A stretch of DNA of 63,235 nucleotides, counting the filler, from Platydemus manokwari (taxonomy: Eukaryota): assembly GCA_037951405.1 (NCBI GenBank). It is 6 parts of 6 records of this genome, joined end to end, with 100 filler letters (N's around TTAATTAATTAA, not from the genome) between each part and the next. Parts side by side here need not be neighbours in the genome. Positions count along the whole stretch, not along the records: positions 24,465 to 33,476 come from JBBMOY011314316.1; positions 33,577 to 42,879 come from JBBMOY011268873.1; 4 more parts are not named here. One strand, given 5' to 3'. How positions within the stretch are numbered: position 1 is the first letter of the stretch; each line of letters begins with the position of its first letter. The translations under genes and the position numbers were made by a program. Under the pieces are notes generated by a model that saw only the letters and a program-made list of their open reading frames with translations, was not told where the DNA came from and did not search any database. Shown in pieces: positions 26,811-39,320 of the stretch.

Positions 26811-28719
26811 AAATATTATTTAATAACAATATTTTGTTTACAGCTGCCTATTGTCAACAAATGATAGAAATAGGAAAATACAATGATATTTCACATCATA
26901 CAGGCATATTGATGTCTATAATCAGACTATTTCTGTTCATTATGATGACAATGATGATTTATTTCATTACAAAAAACCCATTGAAAAGACATCCATTCAT
27001 AAAAAAGAATAAAAAGCGACGATGATATGTGGTGGAGATGGCACTCAAATCTCAATGCCCAAGAGTCATGGACTAATTTCATTCACCGATATTTATATCT
27101 GATTAACTAATTCATTTCATGAAATCTCATTTGAAAAAAAAAATAGTAACACTTCTAATTTAAATTGGGAGAAATTCTATTGAAGAATAAAAATGATAAC
27201 ACAAAAATAGATAATAAATAACCTTTATAATCCGACAAATCTGACAGCGCGTGGTGAAGATTAACGAATTCTCGATATCTGCGTGGTGTTGTTCTATTAA
27301 CAGTAGACAGTTGGTGAAGGGGAGTTGTCATGGCACAAGTGAACTGTAAATAATAATATCAATGAATAACTGTAATAAAAAAAATGATTAGCAAATAAAT
27401 CTTGTTCATACGATTTCAAAGATATTTACGAGTTATGGTGGTTTGGATTTGGTTTTTATTAAATACATTTACGTTTGTATAAAATGCACTGATTTCTTTA
27501 ATGATGACACACACACGCAATCAAAGGATTCTCTATCATAAAGCTAATGACATGTTTTACAATTTTTTTTTATTATTTTTGAAAAATGACAAAGAAAATA
27601 TTTCATCACTTCAATTTTTAAACTACTCAAAAGAAAACCCAATTATGGATAATTCAATAAAAATATTTACTATTAGAACAAATAATTATGAAAAATAAAA
27701 ATACCGAGTTGAAATTGAGTTGGTAATACTTGTCTAACACACACACATGCACGGACACACGCATATATAATCCAAATATTCAGATTTCAATCCAGTGTTC
27801 GACAAATTAATAAAAATTAAATCCTATTAATTAAATCGATAATATTTCAATTATTTATTTATCGATTTCCGAAACATTTTCCCCATACTATTATTCAATA
27901 AATTATATCAATATTCGAAATTCAATTAATGATTTCAATTATTTAATAACAGTAATTTTTTGTTTTAATGAATTAAAAAATATCGGGTTACTTTATCGAA
28001 TAGAAAGAAATTAACATGTATAAACGCTATATCACTTAATAAACGTTGTTTTACTGCTCAAACAAATAATTGAACTTTGGAAATCTAAACAAATCGGCTA
28101 ATTAAGATTGATAATTGGTGATCAGTACAAAAAATAAGAAATGACAATGAATATTTAATGATAAAACATAACAATATTCCAGAGATCTCTCATATATAAT
28201 AACATATCATGGGACAGTGTTGCGAAATTCATTAAAATGATCGATGGGATAATGATTTAGTCTTGAACAATATCACATTCATTACAAGCTGAGATATTGC
28301 TTTTACCTCAACATTTCCATCGCCAATATATTCCAATAATGATCATAGGAGAATTTTCTGTCAGTTTGTTTAATTAATCGAGCAAATTTAAACAACAAAA
28401 TATAAGTTTTGCTTACTAATAATATTATTATAATATAAATAAACAGGTATTTTTGTTTTAATCATCATAAAAATATATGAAACAATTTATTTATTCATTG
28501 ATTAATCGTATAATATAGTATGATATAAAAATGTAAATAACGGTTCATGTCTAAAAATAAATCACATTGCAATCTTAATAGAATGTCTGATTTGATACAA
28601 ATTAATAACGAAATATAATTGAAATGAGTTATACTTGTGCAAAATGCAAATTTATTAGTTCTTAATGGAAATTATCGAATATTGCAACAATAATGATATT
28701 ATTTAATTATTGTTTATCA

Positions 28720-28729
28720 NNNNNNNNNN
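28720..28729. other. 10-N gap
   Basis: Run of N. Confidence 0.97.
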
Positions 28730-29047
28730 AAAAATAGTTTATTTTCAAAAAATCCATTGAATTATAGGAATTCTAAAATTGGTCTGTCAACATAAAAGAT
28801 TATTTTCAAAAATTGTCTACTTATTACAATAAGTAGTAAGTATTAATTAAAAAATTGTTTTAAAGCTTGGTTTAGTATGAAAAATTTTATTTGATATAAT
28901 ACAGTAATTTTAGAGAATAGCGTTCGATAAATCAGCAATAAAATATAGATCACCACCCAATTATAGTTCTAACTATTTGTTCACCCTGGTATAACAAATA
29001 TATGAATACAAGATTAAAATGTGCTGAATTTTTAGGTGACACAAAAA

Positions 29048-29570
29048 TAGGATTGGAACGAAAGTTTTGGCCGATATAAAATAATAAAACTCGTAGATGC
29101 CATTTGATATAAGAGGTGCCGATTGTGTGAAAACAGTTTCGAAAAGTTCCACGTCTTTCATGATAACGCTCGACTGCATACGGCACGTTTAACTCAAAAT
29201 AAATTTCCCGAGAACGATTTTACGGTAATACCGCACCTACCATATTGCTCAGACTTCCCCGCTTCAGACTATTACCTGTTTTCTCCGATGAAAAACTCAC
29301 TTCGTGGGAAAATGTATCATTACACCGAAGAGGTTAACGATAATTTGAAAAAGTGATTCGCTTCAAAACCTGTGGAATTCTATGAAAGCGGCTTCTATAA
29401 AACAGCTTCCAGAACAATGGCAAAAGTGTGTTGGCCTTAAAGCTGACTATTTTCAACATTTCAGATTTACAAATGAATGATGTTTTGTTTATATTTCTCA
29501 ATTTACATATTTTCTTTATTGGTTAAATAAATATACATTTCTATCGGACAAGACTTTCGTTCCAATCCTA
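29048..29570 (+). mobile_element. Internally deleted mariner element retaining the C-terminal catalytic region
   Basis: 29-bp TIRs TAGGATTGGAACGAAAGT(T/C)TTG(G/T)CCGATA at both ends. Encodes FHDNARLHTA...PHLPYCSDFPASDYYLFSPMKNSLRGK (mariner HDNA and YSPDLAPxD motifs). Confidence 0.92.
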
Positions 29571-32500
29571 TATACAGAAATACAAATTATTAGAACAAAA
29601 AATGCAATTTCTAAAACAGTTGTAACGAGCATTACTGGATACGAATAACATAAGTTGATTTTGAAAAACAAAATATGTTATGAATAATAAACCATTGATA
29701 TTTGTTTAAACCAACTTCAAGAACAAAATAATACAAAATCACAATTTGAAATATTAAAATATCGTTTATTGGATAAATGTGAGAAAACCTTCCAACAAAG
29801 TATGCTCATAAATAATTTTAGTATATAATAATGGAGATATTTCTCCATAACATCGACCTTATAGTTGATTATTACCAGATCACAAGTTTTACAAAATCCA
29901 AACACAAATTTGAAGCCCTTAAATTAATCAATATTAATACCCGTCAAAATTTGTATGGACCAAAAGTTTCGAAGAGAAAGTTCCATATATTCATTAAATT
30001 AATAAACTGACCATGTGAATATTATTCCCATTTCGTCTGATCAATTTAGTTTGCCTTTGTCTATATCAGAATTAATTTAGCTCGACATTGCTCGTGTATA
30101 GCAAAATTAATGTTACTTCTGATTATCCAATCTGAAGATCTTATCGAAAATTGTTGCCTAAATGGTGACAAGAGAGATTAGTGAGACGAAATCAGGCACG
30201 CCTGAATGATTTTGCTTTTTCATAGATTTTCAAATCGACTTTTCTGGGAAAAATTTGACTGTTATTTATATTCGTTATGTAGGTTATTTCAAATTTAAAA
30301 CGAAAGCAAATGATTCAGTAAGAATAGTTCATGAAATCAATTAAAATGCTGTGATGCTGTATCATCCGAAAAACCCAAGATAATTTCTATAAATATATTT
30401 TGTTAACAACATGTTCTAATCATGAATACTTTATTAGATATCAAATAACAGAAACAATTCATTAAAAATTAACATCTCTTCGTGATATTTACAATATCGA
30501 AAGAATTTTCCAGCCTTATATTACATTAACACGACACCATTCAATGGCAATGTCTTCAATGTTATGATTCAGTACGGTAATCCATCGTATCAAAATATTC
30601 CATTGAACAAGATTTCTTGTTAAGAATATGGAAATATAAATTTAAATTTTGGAACTCACTACTGCGCAGGAACCCCAACATACGAAAGTTTAATATTTTT
30701 AATGAGATTTTTTGCCCATTTTGATAATTTTACATTACTTAACGATTAATTGACATGATAAATATCAGATTTTTCCACCAACGACTCAACAAACCTTTTA
30801 ACGTTATCAATGGATCTTTGTAAAGAAAATGAAGTTCATAGATTATTATAACATTGAAACAAACGTCCTTAAATCAATAACACAATCTATAAATTAAATC
30901 ATGATTGGCGAAAGTTTTAGATTATTTTAAGGGAAATTATCCAAGTAAAAAATCCATTAACTTTCAGCAAATCGTATTTGGTTTAGAGCATAACGATCGA
31001 TTTTTTCAATTAATCTTCCTCTAATGTTTCAATTGAAATGACAAAAAAAGTTTCTTCACTTTTCCAAATAATTGATAATCATTTTTGTTTAGTTCAAAGG
31101 ACAAAAAATCCAATCCCAAAAATAAACCTGTTCACCGATTCATCGGTTCCGGATTGGAATAATAACAGAGATTTATTCATAAATGGTTTGACAATCGGGT
31201 GACAATTGTTGTTTGTAAACTATGAAAGTATTTTTGAAAGTTTTCATTAATTGTGTCGGTGTGGTATAAATAATATATTAAATTATAATAGAAATCATTA
31301 TAGAAATTTCTTAAAGATTCGACAATTTAATATTTGACACTGTCGGCTTAAATGCAGGTTGTTGGTGTTTCAAAAATAGGTGTTTGACTTATATTTTTAG
31401 AATATAAATGAAATTACTGATTGGATTAACAACAATCAATAAGGTCCAAAGTGAAAATAATTCATTCCTCATACAACTGAAAACATAAATCGAACAAACA
31501 AAAGAAATCCAATTAAAAATTCCCATTGAGAAATGTTCGAAAAAAATAGAAACGAAAATAAACGATATCAATCAATCAATAAATTTATCGGATATCCATT
31601 TGGTTTTATTTAGATAAAAATCTTTCCAATAATCGATCAATATCAATTATTCACTACAATGATTCATGATTGATATCAGAATGTTGATTGATTATTTGTA
31701 ATTCTTAATTATAGAATTTGTCTAAAACAAGACCAACATTGCGTGGCACAATATCAGACCTTATTAACAGGAAGTTATTCCATTGTGTCCGAGTGAATAT
31801 TTTGAATTAATAATAAATTAAATCTCATTAAAAATCTCATTCCATGAAATCGGTCACACAATGTGCTTCATAAAACACACAAAACCGTCGATTTGTTGAA
31901 ATGGCTCTTCAATTGAGTACTGTTGTTGCTATTGGTGAAATGAAAAAATCTAAAAATTTAATTATCACTGAATAGGTGAAATCGCGAACGACATTTCAAA
32001 CAAAAGCGAAATTTCCATTCGTTAGTGTTTATTTAAAATTCGTGAAAGGCAAAATTGAATGTCAAAAAGCTAATAATAATAATTGATTGTGTATATATGT
32101 ATACATTTAAACAAAACAATTCCTTTTTTTCATTGGTTGCTCGATAACGTTCTCAGTGAACATTGTAAACTTGGTGAGCCATATTTAAAAATAATCAATA
32201 ATTTTGTTAAGATTTGAAAATAATGATAAAATAATTCAATAAAGTAACAAATCACATTAGAATCACATATATTAATAATAATAATTGAGGTTATTGCCAT
32301 TTTATTAAACATTCGATTGATAAAAGATATTCCAAAGTCAATATTTACAAATAAACCTTGCACCTGACCATATTCATGTTATAATCATGGCTTCATAATT
32401 TTATTTAACCACAAACTTAAGTTTAATATAATATTTATTTGAGAAAAAATTGGTACGAAGACTCACATCGTTATATGAATTGCTTAGGAATCACTTGAAT

Positions 32501-32882
32501 TTATGATGGAAAAATTATTGATTTTCAGTTGTTTGCCTTGAATTTAATCGATTTAAATAATCTGATAAAATATTTCGATCATCAAATTAATTAGAAACTA
32601 ATTTTATTAAAAGTTAAAAACAGTTTAGAGTTGAAAAAATTGTATTAGGCTGTCCGATCCAATTAACAATACCTGGATGACTTTTGAGTTTAATAATCAT
32701 GTTATTTTATATAATGAAATTCCATAAAAATATAGAAAAATATCAAAAATAAAATTTCCACAATGAATTCAAGTGATTCCAATGTATTTCAGATAAAATA
32801 TTGATTTTTCTCAAAATTAATCTGTTAGTGATAGCTCTATCTGGTTTAAAGTTGGAGATTAGTTAAGAGTATTCATTTGTAT

Positions 32883-33178
32883 CAGTGGTCTTCACACTTT
32901 TTTGTGTTTCGACGCACTATATGAGTCCAAAACTTTTCGTGACCCCTAGGGACTAAAATAAAAATAATAAAGTTTTTTAATAAACAAAATTTTTAACATC
33001 CAAAAATTATAACCATTTTGCATATTCTGGCATAAAACATCAAATATTTTCTCTATTTCGGTGATGACTAGTCTCAGGACTAATTCCAGATCTATAAAAT
33101 TCAATCGATATTTTCTCTTAATATAAGTCAGTGTCGAAAATGAAATTTCACGCGCCAGCCCCATTTTGAAGATCACTG
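32883..33178 (-). mobile_element. Non-autonomous hAT (Buster/Charlie-type) element, same family as 1904-2209
   Basis: TIRs CAGTGGTCTTCA...TGAAGATCACTG. The minus strand encodes EISFSTLTYIKRKYR...[24 protein letters not shown], the Buster transposase C-terminus. The TSD is not conserved. Confidence 0.85.
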
Positions 33179-33476
33179 ATATAGACAATTTTCGTAACTT
33201 TTATTATTGCAAACAACTTCTTTAACTGTCAATCCCTATCAAGCATATAAATATATTTAAATTGTTTAAAAATCACTTCACATGAAATTTTAAATAGTGT
33301 AATACAATTTCAAAATATTTTTTTTATTTTAAAATTATTATTAAAATTTTTCCCTTTAAATTTTCCTCACGAAATCTATACTGGATTTGCGCGATAATAT
33401 ATAAATTATAATACTGTTAAAATAATTTTAGATATTATTATTATTAAATTGTAAGTGAATAAATAGCCAATGGGGA

Positions 33477-33576
33477 NNNNNNNNNNNNNNNNNNNNNNNN
33501 NNNNNNNNNNNNNNNNNNNNTTAATTAATTAANNNNNNNNNNNNNNNNNNNNNNNNNNNNNNNNNNNNNNNNNNNN
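33477..33576. other. Scaffold gap with TTAATTAATTAA linker
   Basis: 44N + linker + 44N. Confidence 0.97.
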
Positions 33577-34999
33577 ATTTTATCAAAAATTTACTCCATT
33601 TAAAACAAATTCGTCCAAAGACAAATTCAACGCACAATAATACTTGTAACAGATTTTAGCAGTCAGATATAATCAATAAGATTTGTTAAACGATACACTT
33701 AAATTATATTTAGTACAATTAAGTACAATTCATTTTTATTTGATAAAAGGTTTTATATCGATTTTCATTCAAAAATCAAATTGAGTTGAATAATTGGTTT
33801 TCACTTTTAAAATATTGTTGTTGCAAGTAAGATAATATTTTTAAAAATATTGTATTTTGTTCTCATAATCAATAATATCGGTTGATATTTAAGCGGAATG
33901 TTTCTTTGTTTCAAGAACGGTTTATCGTTAAAACAAAATATTGAAAGGAGCAAAATAACTATATTCATCATTATCCAAAATTTACTGGAACTCTAATCCG
34001 TATTATCTGTGATCGACTGGCACTTTATTATAATGTTCCAATTCTGTATATTAACAAATCAAAGCTTTTGTAAAACTTTCTATTTAGCCAATCTTTCTAA
34101 TAAGAAATTTTTAATAATTTTTGATTTTTAATCAATGATAGTTTTCAAATAAATATTAATATTGATTGTTCATTTTAAATATACATTTTAAAATTATTTA
34201 TAATAATTTCGTAATCCTCACATTATGTTGTGTTATTCCATAAGACAGCATTAAACATTTTTGTTTTATAATTTATCGGGATTGATAAAAATAATTATGA
34301 CTCAAATCTTTATGTTTCGACTTTGATGAATATTTATTGTTTATTTTAAGAATAGTTTGTTACACTATGGTCTGACAAACAATAAATTTTAATTCCGATT
34401 CATCTGGAAATTAGTTCGATTTGATATGAAACTGATATGTCATAAAATCAAAGATAACCACTAAACAATCTGAAAATTCTTTGATGTAAAATAAGTATGT
34501 TATATACTGGTTAAATGATAAGTCAAATTATTATTTTATGATATACATCTAAAAAAATATTATAAGATTGAATAAAAATGACTTGAAAATGAAAATAAAC
34601 AAATATTAAGGAAATTTCTTCAGAGAAGATGCAAACGATTGACATTCATAAATATGAGGTGTGCAGAAATTTGGTTTTTATTTTAGAAAGTACTCTCAAA
34701 ACTCCTTATTTTGACAACCACTTAGTTTTGTCTCATTTTACATCTGGTTTCTTATTTGATTCGGTTCTCATTAACTAATTCAAAACACTATTAAGATATT
34801 GGAGTACGTCTATTTATGCATAATTCCACAATACAGGGTTGAGAAATTTTGCGGTAACTGTCAAAATCTAGTCAATATAAAATATAACTCAGTCTTAATA
34901 ATTGTTGCAACTAAATTCTGGATAACCAAGTAATTACTGACACAAAAAATTGAAGGTTGCAAGCTTTATTTCGATTACATGTACTAATCAGAACGACTC

Positions 35000-35620
35000 T
35001 AAACTCAATACAATATCTTAAAAATGCAACCAAAACTTGGCTTCCAACTGGCAGTTGGCCATCTTTACATCGGTATTTGTACCCGAGATCTGTGCGCAAT
35101 TTTTGTGTCACATTTATATAGCATTTTGATTTGATCTTTAATTTCTCACATTTCTATTGGACTTGTTGGTTTTTGTATAAAGGGGATTGGTCAATCCCTA
35201 TGTGTGTATTGTGTGACTGTGTCCTTTTTTCAAATTATCGTTTTCTATCTAAGTCAGCTGTGATTAGTTGACTGCCATACCTATCTAGTTGTGTAGGGAT
35301 GCAAATGCTTAAGTGCTAAAATAAGGATTTCAAGGAATCCGTTTTTCGTTTGCAAGATTTAGTCTCACTCAACTTGACGTTATAATATTATTTTCTGATA
35401 GTTGCATTAATTATTACCGCAATTGCATATATACGCTTATTTTCTCTATTTTTTCTATGTTGGAGTCTTTATCGTTGACATTTGCACACATTTAATGCTT
35501 TTATCAATAGCGAAAATTTTTAGGCGGTAATACGCTGCTATTGATATTAAGGAATACCATCTGATAATTTAACTTCCACATCCAAAGGGTGTTCTAGAAT
35601 AATGTACTGGCTTAATTGCT
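35000..35620 (-). mobile_element. Highly decayed Gypsy-type integrase remnant
   Basis: Minus-strand fragments in integrase order: LEHP...YYRLK...CKCQR (HHCC-like), HPYTT, HNTHIGIDQSPL, and KLRTDLGYKYRCKDGQLPVGSQVLV (post-core VGxxVLV motif). Confidence 0.5.
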
Positions 35621-37680
35621 TACTTGAGTTTGTTGACTAGTTTGAAAAAAATAACTAATCTTTTGGACCCGTCAAAAATTAAGATTGTATTCTCATTCTT
35701 ATATATCAATTCGAGGATACAATTCACAAAATGTGCATCCTCTTTCTTTATTCGAATTATTAATTTTTACACACACACTGTCTTAAACAAAAGTTTTAGA
35801 AATTCGGTAGTTGGCTATTGAAATATTTGTTTAAACTTTTGCTTGTAAAACCAGATTAATATTCATAGACAGATTTTCTATTGATTTTACAGATCAATTA
35901 ATATTTAAATGATCTATTTAATTTATTTGCATATTCTAATTAAATATAATTTTGGGATTGGAATTGCTTAGACTAGTTTTCAATTATTGGTTTATGAATT
36001 ACTAGCAGCTAACACTAAAGAAATAATATAATATCAATAAACTATTAATACATCATCATTATATTATTAACATGTAATAAATGTATTATCAAAGCATTAC
36101 CCATAAGGTAATTAAACATTATAAATATATGATTAGTTTATTATCAATATATTACCAATAAACCGTTGTTTAATTTTTCACAATTCCATGTGCCTTTAAC
36201 CTCACGAAATCAAAATAAAATTCAAAATGAAACCTCTCAATGACTGCCAACTTGAATCAATATAATGTGACGGATGTCTATATGACAGAGATTCATTTAA
36301 AAATCGTGAACGACTTATATCACTTTTAATATAATTATCAAATTGTTTATAAAATTTTTTGGTAATAAATAATGATGATTTTATCAAATCCCAAAATACG
36401 AGCAATTGAATTTATTTATTCATTTATGCTACATAATTTTATTATACTATAATTTTATATTTTATGTTATAATAATTTTATTAAATTAAAATTTCGAAAA
36501 AATTCAAAATTAAAAAAAAACAATTTTAAAGTCCAGCTTTTTCAATTTGCTACAACGTATGATTTATTGGTACACGAATTAATTATTACTTATAGCCAAA
36601 GTAAAGTAAACAATATCTGACTTTAAAAAGCATATTATTGGCAAGAAAAGTCAATTTTACAACACAAACTAAAACCAAACATTGTTTAAATAAATCAGCA
36701 GGACACATGCATTAAAGAAAACGAGGTATGCAAAATCCACCAACTAATTAGTAAGCTGAAAACGTAGGTAAATAAAACTTTCTTTATTCTCTGAAATCAT
36801 ATTCTTCGTTTTGTCTATTTACAAAGAGACGCCCACAAAACATAAGTATAAATAGCGAGCAGAAAGCACAAAAAACGTAAAAAATTTCGGAATTAAGTTC
36901 ATTACAAATAACAGTATAATTTGAGATTATCTTTTGTTGATCACTATAATCAGATGTTAAATCATTATTGTTAATAAAGTGGTATCATCGCTATAAACTG
37001 CGAGGTTAATCGAAGAAAATTCCTTTCGAAATTCGAATGTAGTCCTCATTTCTACAATTGAGATTAGGTCATTTCCTGATCAATTTTAAGATGCAGAAAG
37101 TTAATTATTATTTTATCCGCTACTAGTACATTATCGTTCCGCGAGATGGCACCTAGTGTTTTAAAGTCCACAGTACGTAATAACTTTAAAATCTAAATTT
37201 TATTTGTTTCCCAGAAGTTATTACAGAGCTTCATAAAATAAAAAATCTATTCATAGTTTACGGCTGAAACATACATCTACACTTTCAAAAATAAACATAT
37301 GGTTCTGTTTTTCATTGGACTATTTTTATTACTTTGGATCTGAATTCCATTAGTTAATTATCATTAGAATAAGCTACTTCGTAAGTATGAGTAAGTAATA
37401 GGTTATTCTTAAGTATAATACAAGTAAGATTCGGTAAGAAAATTTTAAAGTATAAAATTATTATAAACAGGTGTAACTCACATACATCCTTGTTTATTTT
37501 CCCTCTTTCATGAAGAGATTGTTTTGTTTGTTAATCAGAAAAAAGCTACATAAAATCCGAATATATAAGAAAATACCATTTGTTGAAATCATACGTATGA
37601 AGCTTTACTTCAGCAATGTAAAATTATATTTGTTTATTGTTTTCTTCAAATGCCTAGAATAATAAACAAATTAGTATAAC

Positions 37681-39320
37681 ATGATTAATGACACAATTTT
37701 AGATGATAAAATGAGACTGTAAATTTATCTGTTTTATTGAATAGATTACAAAGATTTTTGAGAGAAGCACTAGGAATAATACATTTTATTCAAAAAAACA
37801 CTGGGTTTGAAGTTGTATCTAATCATCAAAATATGAGAAGACTTTTAATCCACAATGTCTCAATGATCTCACTGGTGGAATCATTTTGTCTTCTTATTTA
37901 CTCTTGGTTATTGATTCGAATGCACCTTTTATGATTGACACTTGAAGATCAGATACTTAATTTTAAGACTTCTTATAACAAAAGATTCGACATATGAGTT
38001 TAGTTCAGAGACTTGTCATTGGCAAGGATACGGTGAGGTATTTTAAATCCTTAAATTAATATAATGTCTGAAATTCTGAATGGAAATCAAATACTGCACA
38101 ACATGTGGTTGCATCACTATTTGGTAATATTAATATTATAAATTGTTAATGGACCTTTCCCTTTATTGATTAGATTTCGCGGAACATTTACAGAATTATT
38201 GGTAATGTATTCTACCAGAATTTCACATTAGATTATGGTTTCACCACTGTCAATGACAAATCATTTATTAGGAATTTTCAAGATAATTTTTACTGTAATG
38301 GGGTTTTCAAAAATGTATATCTTTCAATTAGTGATTTCTTGATGTGAAATATTCGAAAATTGGCCTATAACTTTGGTAGTGAAATGACTAGCAGTGATTT
38401 AGTTTAGATAATAAACCGGATGATGTTCTGCGGTGGTGGAAACGTTCATAATTGTGACATGATTATCAACTTCCTAGATGATTCCTTGATAATGAGTTTA
38501 GATCAAAATGCGATCATGAACCTGCATCTGGGAAATGATGATTATTCTCTAAACATGTTCATATTCACCATTATATTGTCTTCAGATTGGCCTGCAATAT
38601 TATTTGAATTTATGTCGAATCACATGTGAATCTCTCATGGAATCTGTGTCAGAAATAAATCTTTATCCTGAGGTTGTTGTGAAAATTTTAATTTCAATCA
38701 CTAATTTCAAAAATAAGAATTGGTCTGAGTGGTGGAAGGTTATCGGAGACAAGTTGACCAGAGACAGGCATATGGAAGTTAAAGTCTCATCGTAGGTTAT
38801 TTGTACTTACCTCAAACGGTATTCAAAGATTTTTAAAAAAATTATTACGCCATGTGCCTACATCTATAATTACAGGATGAATGAGTTACTCACTGATGTA
38901 GGCTTTGAGAGATCAATTAATAAATGATACTAAAGTTACTATTGCTGTTCTTATTCGGAGAACTGGATATGAATTTTTCCTCAAAATAAAGTACGTTTTA
39001 ATACATTCTGCAAACCTTGGCATTAAACATATAAATACTGAGACTGATTGCATCAATAACTTAATTGAGAGAATCACTTTAAAAACAGAGCTCGCACATT
39101 TTATGTACCAACAATTTGTGTGGCATTTTTCAATGATTCATTCGAACTGGTCAGATCTCTTGAATCTATGCCAGCTGGGTGTACACACTCTATTTACTGG
39201 TATTCTAGTTGATCCTTTACTGAAATAGGAAATCCGGGAATAGGAAAGGACAATATTAGTGAGTTGCTTTGAATATAATGTATCAATTGTTGAATGTGTG
39301 GAGTACCCAGAGCATTAGTA
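37681..39320 (+). pseudogene. Decayed intronless ORF of about 1.6 kb, unknown family (possibly an endogenous viral or mobile-element gene)
   Basis: Four same-strand ORF-track pieces (37737, 38420, 38604, 38905) plus the intervening frames form one coding-like tract with scattered stops and frameshifts. GC is higher than in the flanks and no intron structure is visible. Confidence 0.55.

Larger units (their letters stand above)
20877..32363 (-). pseudogene. Probable decayed PXA-RGS-PX-PXC sorting nexin gene (SNX13/14/19/25 family)
   Basis: One clean exon, 27223-27343 (AG...GT), encodes ...TVNRTTPRRYREFVNLHHALSDLSDYK (PX motif). Collinear weaker, disrupted pieces: hydrophobic N-terminus at about 32130-32363; PXA-like CHPIV...TFANHDLIYRL at about 30885-31210; RGS-like HILNKKSCSMEYFDTMDY at about 30575-30630; PX C-half STDCETVDLMERHLFAYID at about 24567-24625 and KLCDTDDFVSTP at about 23495-23530; PXC-like FVNIFVER...WIINRENMFDII and KHFVL/IEKINEKIFP (frameshifted) at about 20895-21290. 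Outer limits are approximate. Confidence 0.6.
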
